The notes under the pieces are model-generated. The model was not told the origin of the DNA and did not search any database. It saw nothing but the letters and a program-made list of their open reading frames with translations. The position numbers were made by a program, and so were the translations under genes. This document shows positions 19,990 through 29,368 of a stretch of 64,000 nucleotides of DNA, piece after piece (position 1 is the stretch's first letter; each line of letters begins with the position of its first letter). The DNA comes from Phycisphaerae bacterium (GTDB lineage Bacteria > Planctomycetota > Phycisphaerae > SM23-33). The stretch lies in the NCBI GenBank assembly GCA_041946855.1, contig JBHGBE010000003.1:47662-111661 (forward strand), in the 5' to 3' direction.

Positions 19990-20167
19990 TTGACGATTTA
20001 CGATTGCCGATTCAGAGCCGCAACTCCCCTTCGCCTCGCCCGGCGCAATCATGTTCAATGCCCTTGCAAAAACCGGCCCAGCGGATAATACTGGTTCGAT
20101 TGTGCCTGCGGCGACGGCGCCGGTGGGCCGTGTGAATCGTCAATCGACAATCGTCAATCTGCAATAG
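19986..20167. repeat. Inverted pair of 7-nt arrays (gattgacgatttacgattgccgattc ... gaatcgtcaatcgacaatcgtcaatc) flanking a roughly 115 bp spacer
   Basis: Direct reading shows the pair. Confidence 0.85.
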
Positions 20168-20181
20168 CCTTAGGAGCTTTC

Positions 20182-22671
20182 ATGGCACTGGGATTCTTCC
20201 GCCGCCACCAGAAGGGAGTGATGATCATCATGGTCTTCCTGATGGTCAGCTTCCTGGTCAGCACTCTCGGGTGGGAGTACATAGGCAGGCGCATCGCGGA
20301 CCTGTTTCACCTCAATCCCGAGTTCAGGGAGGTGGGCACATCGGTCTACGGCCCCGTACAGGCCGGGCGCCTTCAGTCCCTGAAGGCCGAGCTGTACATC
20401 CTGAGGCAGACGGCCCTGTCGGAAGGACTTCGGAGGACGAGCAGGTACCGCGTGCCGGGCGCGGACGAATTCGCCCTGCTCGAGCAGAACGGCGACAACG
20501 ACGCCCTGGCCTTCGCGCTGCTGCTACAGGAGGCCGAGCACAACGGCGTCAAGGTCGCCGGCCAGGAAGTCCAGAACGAGATGGAGATGATCGGCCTGAC
20601 GGGGGAGTACTACAAGAACCTGCTGTCCAGGCTCCAGGGCGACCGCGAGGCCGGCCGGGTCACCGACGCCGAAGTCCGCCAGGCCGTCCGCGACTGGCTG
20701 ATGGTCTACAAGTCGGCGCAGGAAAACGCGTACGACGTGCCGCCCTCGGAGACGGAGGTCGCGCACCTCTACCAGGATATCTCCGAGCGGATCAACCTCC
20801 GCGTGGTCAAGGTCTCCGCGGAGGAGCTGGTGGCCAAGGCCCTGGCCACGACCATGCCCACGACCGCGCCCTCGTCGTCGCCGGCGAGCGCCCCGTCCGA
20901 AGCGGCGCTCAAGAGGATAGCGGCCGTCCCCAGCGAGGCGGAGATCAACGCCCAGTTCATGAGCTTCCGCGGCGTCGCGCCGGGCACGCTGCCCGACAAG
21001 AGCGCCTTCGGCTTCGGCTACAAGCTGCCCGACCGGGCGAAGGTGGCGTACCTGTTCATCAGCCAGCGCGTGCTGGACAGGGCGGTCCGCCCCAGCCCCG
21101 ATGAACTGATGCAGTACTACAGGGATCATCGCAAGGACAAGGTTCGGGTGCCCGAGGGGGCCTCCGCCCAGACCAGGCCGGAGTCGGCTCCCTCGACGGC
21201 ATCCGCCCCGGCCAGCCGATCCGCCGAGGAGGCGCCGAAGGAGAAGGAGGTCGTCCTGGGCAGCCTGCCGTTCAGCCAGGCCAAGCCGATCATCGTCAAG
21301 CTCCTTGCGCCCGAGGCCGCCGACAAGAGGAAGAACGACCTTGTCAACCGCGCCGCGGAGATCGAATTGAGACTCGCCGGCCGGCAACTGCCGACAGGCA
21401 TGAACATCTACGAGGCCATTGTGCGCGGGCTGCCGGCGGCCGGGCCGGAGCCCGAAGTGCCGGGCCTGATGCAGACCGGGCCCGCCGAGATGAAGCTCGC
21501 CGCCACCATCAGGTCCCCCATCAGGAACGTGCCGTTGGACCGCGCGATGGACATGCTGGCGGAGGATGTGGGCCTGACCGCCATCTGCTACCCGTGGGGC
21601 AGGCACGGCAGCGAGACCTACAGCCAGTCGCTGCTTGTCTCGGTCAACGTGCCCGAAGGGCAGCAGATCACGCTTGAGGCCGCACTGAAGCAGATAGCGA
21701 TGCAACTCAAGATGACCGCGATGATCGGCGGATGGCGGATGTGCGACCAGGTCGACAACGTACTGTTTCCCATCCCGGCCTCAGACGTGGACGATCTTGA
21801 GATGTTCCCCGTCTCCGCCCGCCAGACGCCGCTGGAGGACCTCGACGCCTTCCGCAAGGATGATGTCCTGGGCAGCAGCTACGTAATTGGCGGGGGCGGG
21901 CGGACGCTGATCCAGGAGGCATTCACCGCCCAGCCGTTCGGCGGCGATCCTCGCATGCCGCACATGAAGGTGGGCGACAAGGGCTCTCAGATGCAGGTCA
22001 TGGGCGCCACGCCCGGCTGGCTGCTGTGGCGGCTGCTGGACGCCGCGCCGGCCGCGGACCCCGAGCCATCCGCCATCAACACCGACGCGGAGCTTCGCAA
22101 GAAGGTCATCCACGACATCAGGATCACCGTCGCGATGGCCGTGGCCCAGCAGGAGGCGCTGGCCATCGAGCGGGCGGCGGTCAAGGACGGGCTTGAGAAG
22201 GCCGCCGCGGCCGCCGGCTTCGAAAGCTACGAAACAGGCATGTTCTCCCGGAAGAACTTCAACCTACAGTGGAACGACGTGCCGAAGCTGGACCTGGACG
22301 CCATCGAGAACGCCAAGATGAGGGAGTCCTTGAAGGAGTCCGTCATCGGCCAGGTCTTCTCGCTGGTCCCCAAGAACGTCGAGCCGACCACGCAAGGTTA
22401 TGGAACCAGCGGCATCCTGTCCCTGCGCCTGCCGCCGAAGCGCGAGGTCGTGCTGGTGCAGCGGATCGGCTACTCGCCATCGGTGAAGAGCGAGTTCGAG
22501 TCGTTCGGCCGGCGGGTGATCGCCGGCTACCTGGCCAACAACCGGCTGGCCAGCGGGCTCCAGCGCTGGTTCTTCCTGGGCATGACCGAGCAGGGAATGT
22601 TTCCGTTCGGCATCGCCAAGCGCGTGGACTACAAGAAGAAGCTGGAAGAGGGCGGCCCGCGAGCGCCTTGA
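20182..22671 (+). CDS. Membrane-anchored periplasmic protein with a SurA-N-like/PpiD-like chaperone domain
   Basis: An N-terminal TM helix is followed by a SurA_N-like region. The protein is 829 aa. The assignment is tentative. Confidence 0.35.
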   Translation: MALGFFRRHQKGVMIIMVFLMVSFLVSTLGWEYIGRRIADLFHLNPEFREVGTSVYGPVQAGRLQSLKAELYILRQTALSEGLRRTSRYRVPGADEFALLEQNGDNDALAFALLLQEAEHNGVKVAGQEVQNEMEMIGLTGEYYKNLLSRLQGDREAGRVTDAEVRQAVRDWLMVYKSAQENAYDVPPSETEVAHLYQDISERINLRVVKVSAEELVAKALATTMPTTAPSSSPASAPSEAALKRIAAVPSEAEINAQFMSFRGVAPGTLPDKSAFGFGYKLPDRAKVAYLFISQRVLDRAVRPSPDELMQYYRDHRKDKVRVPEGASAQTRPESAPSTASAPASRSAEEAPKEKEVVLGSLPFSQAKPIIVKLLAPEAADKRKNDLVNRAAEIELRLAGRQLPTGMNIYEAIVRGLPAAGPEPEVPGLMQTGPAEMKLAATIRSPIRNVPLDRAMDMLAEDVGLTAICYPWGRHGSETYSQSLLVSVNVPEGQQITLEAALKQIAMQLKMTAMIGGWRMCDQVDNVLFPIPASDVDDLEMFPVSARQTPLEDLDAFRKDDVLGSSYVIGGGGRTLIQEAFTAQPFGGDPRMPHMKVGDKGSQMQVMGATPGWLLWRLLDAAPAADPEPSAINTDAELRKKVIHDIRITVAMAVAQQEALAIERAAVKDGLEKAAAAAGFESYETGMFSRKNFNLQWNDVPKLDLDAIENAKMRESLKESVIGQVFSLVPKNVEPTTQGYGTSGILSLRLPPKREVVLVQRIGYSPSVKSEFESFGRRVIAGYLANNRLASGLQRWFFLGMTEQGMFPFGIAKRVDYKKKLEEGGPRAP

Positions 22672-22740
22672 CCTCGCACGCGGCGGGCGATAAAGTATTT
22701 GTTTGCCTCCCGGGCGCGGTGAAGGCCCCGGCCGGCATAC

Positions 22741-22813
22741 GGGTAGGTAGCTCAGCTGGTAGAGCGCGGCACTGAAAATGCCGAGGTCGCCGGTTCAATC
22801 CCGGCCCTACCCA
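22741..22813 (+). tRNA. tRNA-Phe (anticodon GAA)
   Basis: The cloverleaf runs from the acceptor stem GGGTAGG, through the D-arm TAGCTCAGCTGGTAGAGC, the anticodon loop CTGAAAA and the T-arm GGTTCAATCC, to ...CCCTACCCA. Confidence 0.9.
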
Positions 22814-22846
22814 TTTTCCGTTCCTCCGCCAGGCGGTGGTGAGGCC

Positions 22847-24292
22847 ATGCCGAAAAGAAACCTGCTCCTGATCCTGGCCGCCATCGTCGCGGCGACGGCC
22901 GTCGTGATGATGACGCGGACGCCGTCGACAATCTACGTCACGAACGACGAGCTGGCCCGCTACCGCGGCGTCGCCGAGGCCGCCCACAAGATCCGCAGCG
23001 AGTGGTACCCCATCCCGACGCCGGAGGACAAGCGCCGCAACGGCCAGGCCGCGACTGTCCCAAGTGAGGAGGAGCTGCGGCGCGAGATGGTCCGCGGCAT
23101 GATCGAGAGGCTTGACAAGTTCTCCAGCTACATACCGCCATCCAGGTCCGATGACTTCTCGCACCGGGTGATGGGCAAGGCCCGCGGCGTCGGCCTGGAA
23201 GTGGAGTGGGCGGGCGATGAGCTTCGCGTCATAGGCGCGATGGTCAACTCGCCGGCCCAGGCCGCGGGCCTGGTCGCCGGCGACGTGATAGCGTCAATCG
23301 ACGGACTTCCCGTCGCGGGCAAGACGATCCATGAGGTCCGGCGGATGCTCGACGGCAGGCCGGGCACCACGGCCGTGCTCACAATCCTCCGCCAAGGCAA
23401 GCCGGAGGAGAGTGTCCCGGTGACGCGGGCAGAGTTCGCAGTCGAGAGCGTGTACGGCCTGTTCCGCGACGCCGACGGCAGGCCGGCATACCTGATCTCG
23501 CCCCAGGATGGCATCGCGTACCTGCGGATCAAGGAGTTCGTCCCCGACACGCTGGAGAAGGTCCAGGCGGCCCTGCGGTCCGTCGAGCCGCTCAGCGCCC
23601 TGGTGCTCGACCTGCGCGACAACCCCGGCGGCGAGTTCAAGTCGTCGCTGGGCGTATCCGGCCTGTTTCTCCGCGAGGGGACGATCGTCACCGTGTTCAG
23701 CCGCAACGCCCCGCCCCAGAAGTTCGCCGCCGAGAAGAAGGCCGCCTGTCTCGACGTGCCGGTGGTGGTGCTGGTGAACGGCCGCAGCGCGTCGGGCGCG
23801 GAGATCGTCGCCGGCTCGCTGAGCGTCAACGACCGCGCGGTGCTGGTCGGCACGCGGACGCTGGGCAAGGGATGCATGCAGCGGATAATCAAGCTCGACG
23901 ACGACCCCGGCGGCGAGCTGAACCTGACGACCTCGGAGTACTACGTCGGCGACGACACGCCAATCGCCATGCGCGGCATCGAGCCGCACGTGGTCGTGAC
24001 CATCACCGACAGCCTGCACGACGTCCTGTACCGCATGAGGCTGGAGTCGGAGCTTGCCCCTCCGCCGCGTTCTACCACCGCGCCGGCCGCAACCGAGCCG
24101 GCCGCGGCGCGGGCCGAACGCATCCAGATTTTGCTCGACATGGATCCCCAGCTCGCAACGGCCGTCAAGCTGCTCCAGACGCCGCAGGACATGCAGGACA
24201 TCATCAATGGCGCGCGCAAGGCGCGCCTGGCCGCCAAGGCCGCCAAGACACAACCGGCCACCACACGGGCGACGACGGCCGCGCCGCACTAG
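22847..24292 (+). CDS. ctpA: S41-family C-terminal processing peptidase with a PDZ domain
   Basis: The PDZ domain (GLVAGDVIASIDGLPVAG) and the S41 catalytic region (GPGGEF...VLVNGRSASGAEIVAG...GKG) are present. The start is moved to the ATG at 22847, outside the tRNA. Confidence 0.85.
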   Translation: MPKRNLLLILAAIVAATAVVMMTRTPSTIYVTNDELARYRGVAEAAHKIRSEWYPIPTPEDKRRNGQAATVPSEEELRREMVRGMIERLDKFSSYIPPSRSDDFSHRVMGKARGVGLEVEWAGDELRVIGAMVNSPAQAAGLVAGDVIASIDGLPVAGKTIHEVRRMLDGRPGTTAVLTILRQGKPEESVPVTRAEFAVESVYGLFRDADGRPAYLISPQDGIAYLRIKEFVPDTLEKVQAALRSVEPLSALVLDLRDNPGGEFKSSLGVSGLFLREGTIVTVFSRNAPPQKFAAEKKAACLDVPVVVLVNGRSASGAEIVAGSLSVNDRAVLVGTRTLGKGCMQRIIKLDDDPGGELNLTTSEYYVGDDTPIAMRGIEPHVVVTITDSLHDVLYRMRLESELAPPPRSTTAPAATEPAAARAERIQILLDMDPQLATAVKLLQTPQDMQDIINGARKARLAAKAAKTQPATTRATTAAPH

Positions 24293-24294
24293 GC

Positions 24295-25377
24295 ATGCCC
24301 GACCGGACGATCATCCTCGGCATCGAATCGAGCTGCGACGAGACCGCCTGTGCCCTGGTGGCCGGCGGGCGCGCGGTGCTCTCCAGCGTCGTCGCCAGCC
24401 AGATCGACCTGCACGCGCGGTTCGGCGGCGTCGTGCCGGAGATCGCGTCGCGGGCGCACATCGAGGCGATCAACACGGTCATCGAGCAGGCGATAGCGGC
24501 CGCCGGCGTGTCTCCCGGCCACATCGCGGCCGTCGCCGTGACGCACGAGCCGGGGCTGATAGGTTCGTTGCTGGTGGGCCTGATGGCCGCCAAGACGCTG
24601 GCGTGGGCGTGGGACAAGCCGCTTGTCGGCGTGAACCACGTCTACGCCCACGCCTATGCGGCCGCGCTGGAGGCGCCGGCTATTGACTACCCGGCGGCGG
24701 CCCTCATTTGCAGCGGCGGCCACACCGCTCTATACCGGTGCGATTCCCCGACGCGACTGGAGCTGCTTGGCACGACCATCGACGACGCCGCGGGCGAGGC
24801 CTTCGATAAGGTGGCCGCGATACTGAACCTGGGCTATCCCGGCGGGCCTGCCATCGACAGGATTGCCCGAACGGGCAACGCCAAGGCCGTCGATTTCCCT
24901 CGCACGCTCCTGCGGGGACAGTCGCTGGACTTCTCGTTCAGCGGCATCAAGACGGCCGTGCTCTACCACGTCAACGGCGTGCCGGGAGCGGTCCGGCGGC
25001 GCGCGACCGGCAAGGGAAGAACGCCTTCCTCAGGAGGCGCGGGCAAGGGCGCGGGCGGCCTTTCGCCCCAGGAGGTCGCGGACATCGCCGCCAGCTTCCA
25101 GGCGGCCGTCGTCGATGTGCTGCGTATCAAGCTCCGCCGGGCCGCCAGGCTCATCGGCGCAAAGACGCTCATCCTCGGCGGCGGCGTGGCCGCCAACTCC
25201 GCCCTCCGCGCCGCCCTGACCGATCTGGCCGCCAGGCTCCGCATCCCACTCCGCATGCCCGAACTGCGCTTCTGCCTGGACAACGCGGCCATGACCGCCG
25301 GCCTGGCATTCCACTACCTCCGCGAAGGCAAGGTCGACACGCTGGACCTGGAGGCGAATGCGACCGTGCGACGTTGA
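24295..25377 (+). CDS. tsaD: tRNA N6-adenosine threonylcarbamoyltransferase
   Basis: The Kae1/TsaD N-terminus ILGIESSCDETACALV, with His/Asp metal ligands, is present. Confidence 0.9.
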   Translation: MPDRTIILGIESSCDETACALVAGGRAVLSSVVASQIDLHARFGGVVPEIASRAHIEAINTVIEQAIAAAGVSPGHIAAVAVTHEPGLIGSLLVGLMAAKTLAWAWDKPLVGVNHVYAHAYAAALEAPAIDYPAAALICSGGHTALYRCDSPTRLELLGTTIDDAAGEAFDKVAAILNLGYPGGPAIDRIARTGNAKAVDFPRTLLRGQSLDFSFSGIKTAVLYHVNGVPGAVRRRATGKGRTPSSGGAGKGAGGLSPQEVADIAASFQAAVVDVLRIKLRRAARLIGAKTLILGGGVAANSALRAALTDLAARLRIPLRMPELRFCLDNAAMTAGLAFHYLREGKVDTLDLEANATVRR

Positions 25378-25518
25378 CAGAAGGCAAAAGGGGCGAGGGA
25401 CTAGCGACCAGGTGTCGCGGAGAGCGCTCACGTCTCGCATTCCAGCCGAACATCGATACCCCAAGTCGCTAATCGCTAATCCCTAGTCCCTTGCCCTCCA
25501 TGGCCATATAATTCCGGC

Positions 25519-26331
25519 ATGAACGCCAAGCTCCTCCGCGAACTCTTGGTCCAGGTTTCCGCCGGGCGGATGGATGTCGATGCGGCCGTGGCGCGGCTGC
25601 GGCACATGCCGTTCGAGCAGGTGGGCTTCGCCAACATCGACCACCACCGGGCGATCCGCTGCGGCTTCCCGGAGGTGATCTACTGTCCCGGCAAGTCGAT
25701 CGAGCAGATCGTAGGCATCTTCAGTCGCCTCGCGGCCGCCAGCGCCAACGTGCTGGCCACGCGTGCGACGCGCGAGGCGTATCAGGCCATCGCGGCAGAA
25801 CATCCCAAGGCCGAGTTCCACGAGTTGGCGCGTGCGATCACGCTGCGCCAGTGCGACCACAAGCCTGTGGGCCACATCGCGGTGGTGACGGCCGGGACGA
25901 GCGACCTTGCCGTGGCCGAGGAGGCCCGCGTGACGGCCGAGATCATGGACCAGCGCGTGACGACGCACTACGACGTGGGCGTGGCCGGCCTGCACCGGTT
26001 GCTCGCCCGGAGCGAGCAGCTCCAGCAGGCCAACGTCATCGTCGTGGCGGCCGGCATGGAGGGTGCGCTGGCCAGCGTGGTCGGCGGCCTGGTGGCGGTG
26101 CCGGTGATCGCCGTGCCGACCAGCGTGGGCTACGGCGCGAGCTTCGGCGGCCTTGCGGCCCTGCTGACCATGCTCAATAGCTGCGCATCGGGCGTGAGCG
26201 TGGTGAACATCGACAACGGCTTCGCGGCCGGTTACATCGCGGCGATGATAAATCGGCAGACGGCAGGCAACGGGCAACGGGCAACTGGCAACACAAGAAA
26301 GCAACAAGTGCGAAGGGGACGGAACGCATGA
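25519..26331 (+). CDS. larB: Nickel-pincer cofactor biosynthesis protein LarB-like (PurE/AIR carboxylase-related)
   Basis: A PurE-like fold (HIAVVTAGTSDLAVAEEA...VIVVAAGMEGALASVVGG) with an N-terminal extension is typical of LarB. Confidence 0.65.
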   Translation: MNAKLLRELLVQVSAGRMDVDAAVARLRHMPFEQVGFANIDHHRAIRCGFPEVIYCPGKSIEQIVGIFSRLAAASANVLATRATREAYQAIAAEHPKAEFHELARAITLRQCDHKPVGHIAVVTAGTSDLAVAEEARVTAEIMDQRVTTHYDVGVAGLHRLLARSEQLQQANVIVVAAGMEGALASVVGGLVAVPVIAVPTSVGYGASFGGLAALLTMLNSCASGVSVVNIDNGFAAGYIAAMINRQTAGNGQRATGNTRKQQVRRGRNA

Positions 26332-26390
26332 AGACGAAAGATTCTCTTGCTTGTCGCTACGGCTTGACGCCCTTATAATTGAGTGTTGAT

Positions 26391-26582
26391 ATGGGAAACG
26401 CAATCGTAATCAAGGTTCCGAGCCGCAGAAGCCGCATCCTTGCCATGCGCTCGCCGATGGATACGGAGGTCGTCGCCCACGGAAATGATCTGGATAAGGT
26501 TCTTGAGAAAGCCGCGAAGGCCGGGGTAAAGGACCCGATCATCATGTTCGTACCCAGGCCTGGCAGACGGCACACCTACTGA
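26391..26582 (+). CDS. Small DUF5678-like protein
   Basis: The protein is 63 aa with EVVAHGNDLDKVLEKAAKAGVKDPIIMFVP. The likely promoter is TTGTCG-17-TATAAT, 11 nt before the ATG, so the transcript is nearly leaderless. The gene lies in the low-GC islet. Confidence 0.35.
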   Translation: MGNAIVIKVPSRRSRILAMRSPMDTEVVAHGNDLDKVLEKAAKAGVKDPIIMFVPRPGRRHTY

Positions 26583-26587
26583 CAAAC

Positions 26588-27049
26588 ATGCCTAGTTACA
26601 AGTACTCCTTCGTCAAGTGTCGTTACGCCAATGGCATAGTTGACGAGAGAGGCCAGACGTTTGTCCCCGTTCGCATCACGAATCCGTCAACAGGCGTCTG
26701 GCGAATGGCATGGGGATTGATAGACACGGGCGCGGAGTCCTGTCTGTTTCCCGCCAATCTGGCCGCAAAGCTTGGACATGTCCTGAAGGCCAAGGGCGTC
26801 AAGGCAAGCGTAGCCAGCGGGATTGAGGAAAGGCCTGTCACCACGTAAAAGCATACCTTCCGGGTCGAGCTTATGTCGAAGGACCTGCAAAGGGTGGTCT
26901 GGCGGTCCGGCAAAATGGAAGTAGACTGCGCCGAATGCAACTCCCTAGTCATACTTGGCGTGGACAACCTGTTCGCATCGTTCAGGTTAACGATAGACTA
27001 CCCTAAGGAAGTCATGCGTTTCCAGTGGCAGCGGGCGATAGGGAAGTGA
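26588..27049 (+). pseudogene. Retropepsin-like (clan AA) aspartic protease interrupted by an in-frame TAA at 26846-26848
   Basis: The D-T-G active site LIDTGAESCLF is present. A C-terminal motif LVILGVDNLFASFRLTIDYPKEV continues in the same frame after the stop. The region has low GC. Confidence 0.55.
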
Positions 27050-27063
27050 GTCGAGTTCTTCCG

Positions 27064-28020
27064 ATGGGCGTCGAGAGAGTAACCTCTGTTCCCAGACTTC
27101 CAGCGCGTGCCGCCGACGCAAACAAGGGCAGTTTCGGGCGGGTGCTGATCGTCGGCGGGTGCAGGAAGATGTCCGGCGCGGTGGCGCTGGCGTCGAACGC
27201 GGCGCTGCGCGGCGGGGCGGGGCTGGTGGAGTTCGCGGCGCCGGCCGTCGCGCACCCGATCATCGCGGGCCTGTGCCCCTGCGCGGTGTCGCTGCCGCTG
27301 GAGTGCGACGAGCACGGCGAGATTTCTCCGGCCGCTCTGCCGCAGGTCCGCGAGCGTTTCGAGAAGGCCACGGTCCTGGCCGTCGGGCCGGGGTTCGGCG
27401 TGGGAGTTGTCCAGCGGAATATCGTGCAGGCGGCGCTGGAGCAGGAAAAGCCAGCCGTCATCGACGCCGACGGCCTCAATAACCTGGCGAAGATCGAGGA
27501 CTGGCCTTTGCTGCGCAATTGCCCGCTGATCCTGACGCCCCATCCGGGCGAGTTCTCGCGCCTGACGGGCAAGACGATCCGGGAAATCCAGGACGATCGG
27601 GAGAGAATCGCTGTAGAGACCGTCAGGAAATGGACTGCTCGTAGTGTGCCCGTAAGGGCATCCGCTCGCAGCGTGCCCGCAAAGACATCGAAGAACTCCT
27701 TACGGCGTCACTACGAACGCGGATGCGAAGTCGTGCTCGTCCTCAAGGGCGCTGGCACGGTCGTCACCGACGGCCGGCGCGTCTACATCAACAAGACCGG
27801 CAACCCCGGCATGGCCACCGGCGGCACCGGCGACGTGCTGACCGGCCTGACGGCCGCCCTTATCGCCCAGCACCTCGAACCGTTCGACGCCGCGTGCCTG
27901 GCCGTTCATCTCCACGGCCGTGCGGGCGACCTGGCGGCGGAACAGCTCGGCCAGACATCACTCATCGCCTCGGACCTGATAGACTTCCTGCCCGCCGCGA
28001 TCAAAGAAGTTCTGCTATAA
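27064..28020 (+). CDS. nnrD: ADP-dependent NAD(P)H-hydrate dehydratase (YjeF C-terminal family)
   Basis: GSFGRVLIVGG, LKGAGTVV and GMATGGTGDVLTG are present. Confidence 0.8.
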   Translation: MGVERVTSVPRLPARAADANKGSFGRVLIVGGCRKMSGAVALASNAALRGGAGLVEFAAPAVAHPIIAGLCPCAVSLPLECDEHGEISPAALPQVRERFEKATVLAVGPGFGVGVVQRNIVQAALEQEKPAVIDADGLNNLAKIEDWPLLRNCPLILTPHPGEFSRLTGKTIREIQDDRERIAVETVRKWTARSVPVRASARSVPAKTSKNSLRRHYERGCEVVLVLKGAGTVVTDGRRVYINKTGNPGMATGGTGDVLTGLTAALIAQHLEPFDAACLAVHLHGRAGDLAAEQLGQTSLIASDLIDFLPAAIKEVLL

Positions 28021-28042
28021 TCGGCCCAGGAGAAATTCCGTC

Positions 28043-29326
28043 ATGAGTTCCACGAGCGTTATCGGTACGGGCGGCCCGCAGGAGTCACTCTCACAGGCGA
28101 AGGTCCGCGAGATCATCGCCCAGGCCGTGGGCCGTCTTGCCCCGGATGGCAAGAGCATACTGGCGATTATCCCCGACCACACGCGGACCTGCCCCCTGCC
28201 GATGTTCCTCCGCGAGCTTCACTCGGCCGTCGGCAAGAGGGCCAAGCGGCTGGACTTTCTCGTGGCCCTTGGCACGCACCCGCCGATGAGCGACTCGCAA
28301 ATCGACCACCTGCTCGGCGTGCCCGATGGCAAGCGCGGCGAGGTATTCCCCGGCGTCAAGGTCTTCAATCACACGTGGAAGGACCCCAAGTCCCTGGCCC
28401 GCGTTGGCTCGCTCAGCGCCGACAGGATCAACGAGATTTCCGGCGGCCTGTTCTCGATGGATGTCGAGGTCACGGTCAACAAGCTGATCTTCGACTACGA
28501 CATAGTGCTGATCGTCGGGCCAGTCTTCCCGCACGAGGTGGTGGGGTTCTCCGGCGGGTGCAAGTATTTCTTCCCGGGCATTTCGGGGCCGGAGCTGCTG
28601 AACTTCTTCCACTGGCTGGGCGCGGTGATCACCAACCCGCGGATCATCGGCACAAAGCACACACCTGTGCGGGCCGTGGTCGATGCGGCCGGCGACATGC
28701 TCAAGGTCAACAAGTACGCATTCTGCATGGTCGTCCGCGGCGAGGAGCTTGCGGGCCTTTACTTCGACGAGCCAAAGGCGGCGTGGTCGGCCGCCGCGGA
28801 CCTGTCGGACAAGATTCACATCATCTACGTGGAAAAGCCCTTCTCGTCGGTGCTTTCCAAGGCGCCCAAGATGTACGACGACCTGTGGACCGGCGGCAAG
28901 TGCATGTACAAGATGGAGCCGGTCGTGGCCGATGGCGGCGAACTCATCATCTACGCCCCGCACATCACCGAGATTTCCGTCACGCACGGGGCGATCATCG
29001 AGGAGATCGGCTACCACGTCCGCGACTACTTCCGCACGCAGTGGGACAAGTTCAAGCACTACCCCTGGGGCGTGCTGGCGCACTCGACGCACGTCCGCGG
29101 CATCGGCACGATGACGGACGGCGTGGAAAAGCCTCGCATCCGCGTGACGCTGGCCACCGGCATCCCCGAAGCCCTCTGCCGCAAGATCAACCTGGGCTAC
29201 CGCGACGTGGCCTCCATCCGCGTCGAGGACTGGCAGGGCAAGGAATCGCAGGGCAGGCTCTACGTTCCCAAGGCTGGCGAGATGCTCTACAAGCTCCAGG
29301 ACCCGCCGGCGTGGCAGAAGTTCTAG
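28043..29326 (+). CDS. larA: Lactate racemase LarA-family protein (DUF2088)
   Basis: The IIPDHTRTCP motif, LarA-like N- and C-domains and a length of 427 aa support the call. Confidence 0.7.
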   Translation: MSSTSVIGTGGPQESLSQAKVREIIAQAVGRLAPDGKSILAIIPDHTRTCPLPMFLRELHSAVGKRAKRLDFLVALGTHPPMSDSQIDHLLGVPDGKRGEVFPGVKVFNHTWKDPKSLARVGSLSADRINEISGGLFSMDVEVTVNKLIFDYDIVLIVGPVFPHEVVGFSGGCKYFFPGISGPELLNFFHWLGAVITNPRIIGTKHTPVRAVVDAAGDMLKVNKYAFCMVVRGEELAGLYFDEPKAAWSAAADLSDKIHIIYVEKPFSSVLSKAPKMYDDLWTGGKCMYKMEPVVADGGELIIYAPHITEISVTHGAIIEEIGYHVRDYFRTQWDKFKHYPWGVLAHSTHVRGIGTMTDGVEKPRIRVTLATGIPEALCRKINLGYRDVASIRVEDWQGKESQGRLYVPKAGEMLYKLQDPPAWQKF

Positions 29327-29368
29327 ACGCGTATCGCGCCATTGCGCCACGACATCGGACCAGTTCGC

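Noticed and set aside
22741-22813. tRNA-Phe as an integration hotspot or genomic-island boundary
   Set aside because: No integrase, direct repeat of the tRNA 3' end, or compositional shift is seen downstream. ctpA and tsaD follow with normal GC.
22778-22846. Start of the 504 aa ORF inside tRNA-Phe
   Set aside because: The ORF begins within the tRNA gene. The real ctp start is the ATG at 22847, preceded by GGTGGTGAGG.
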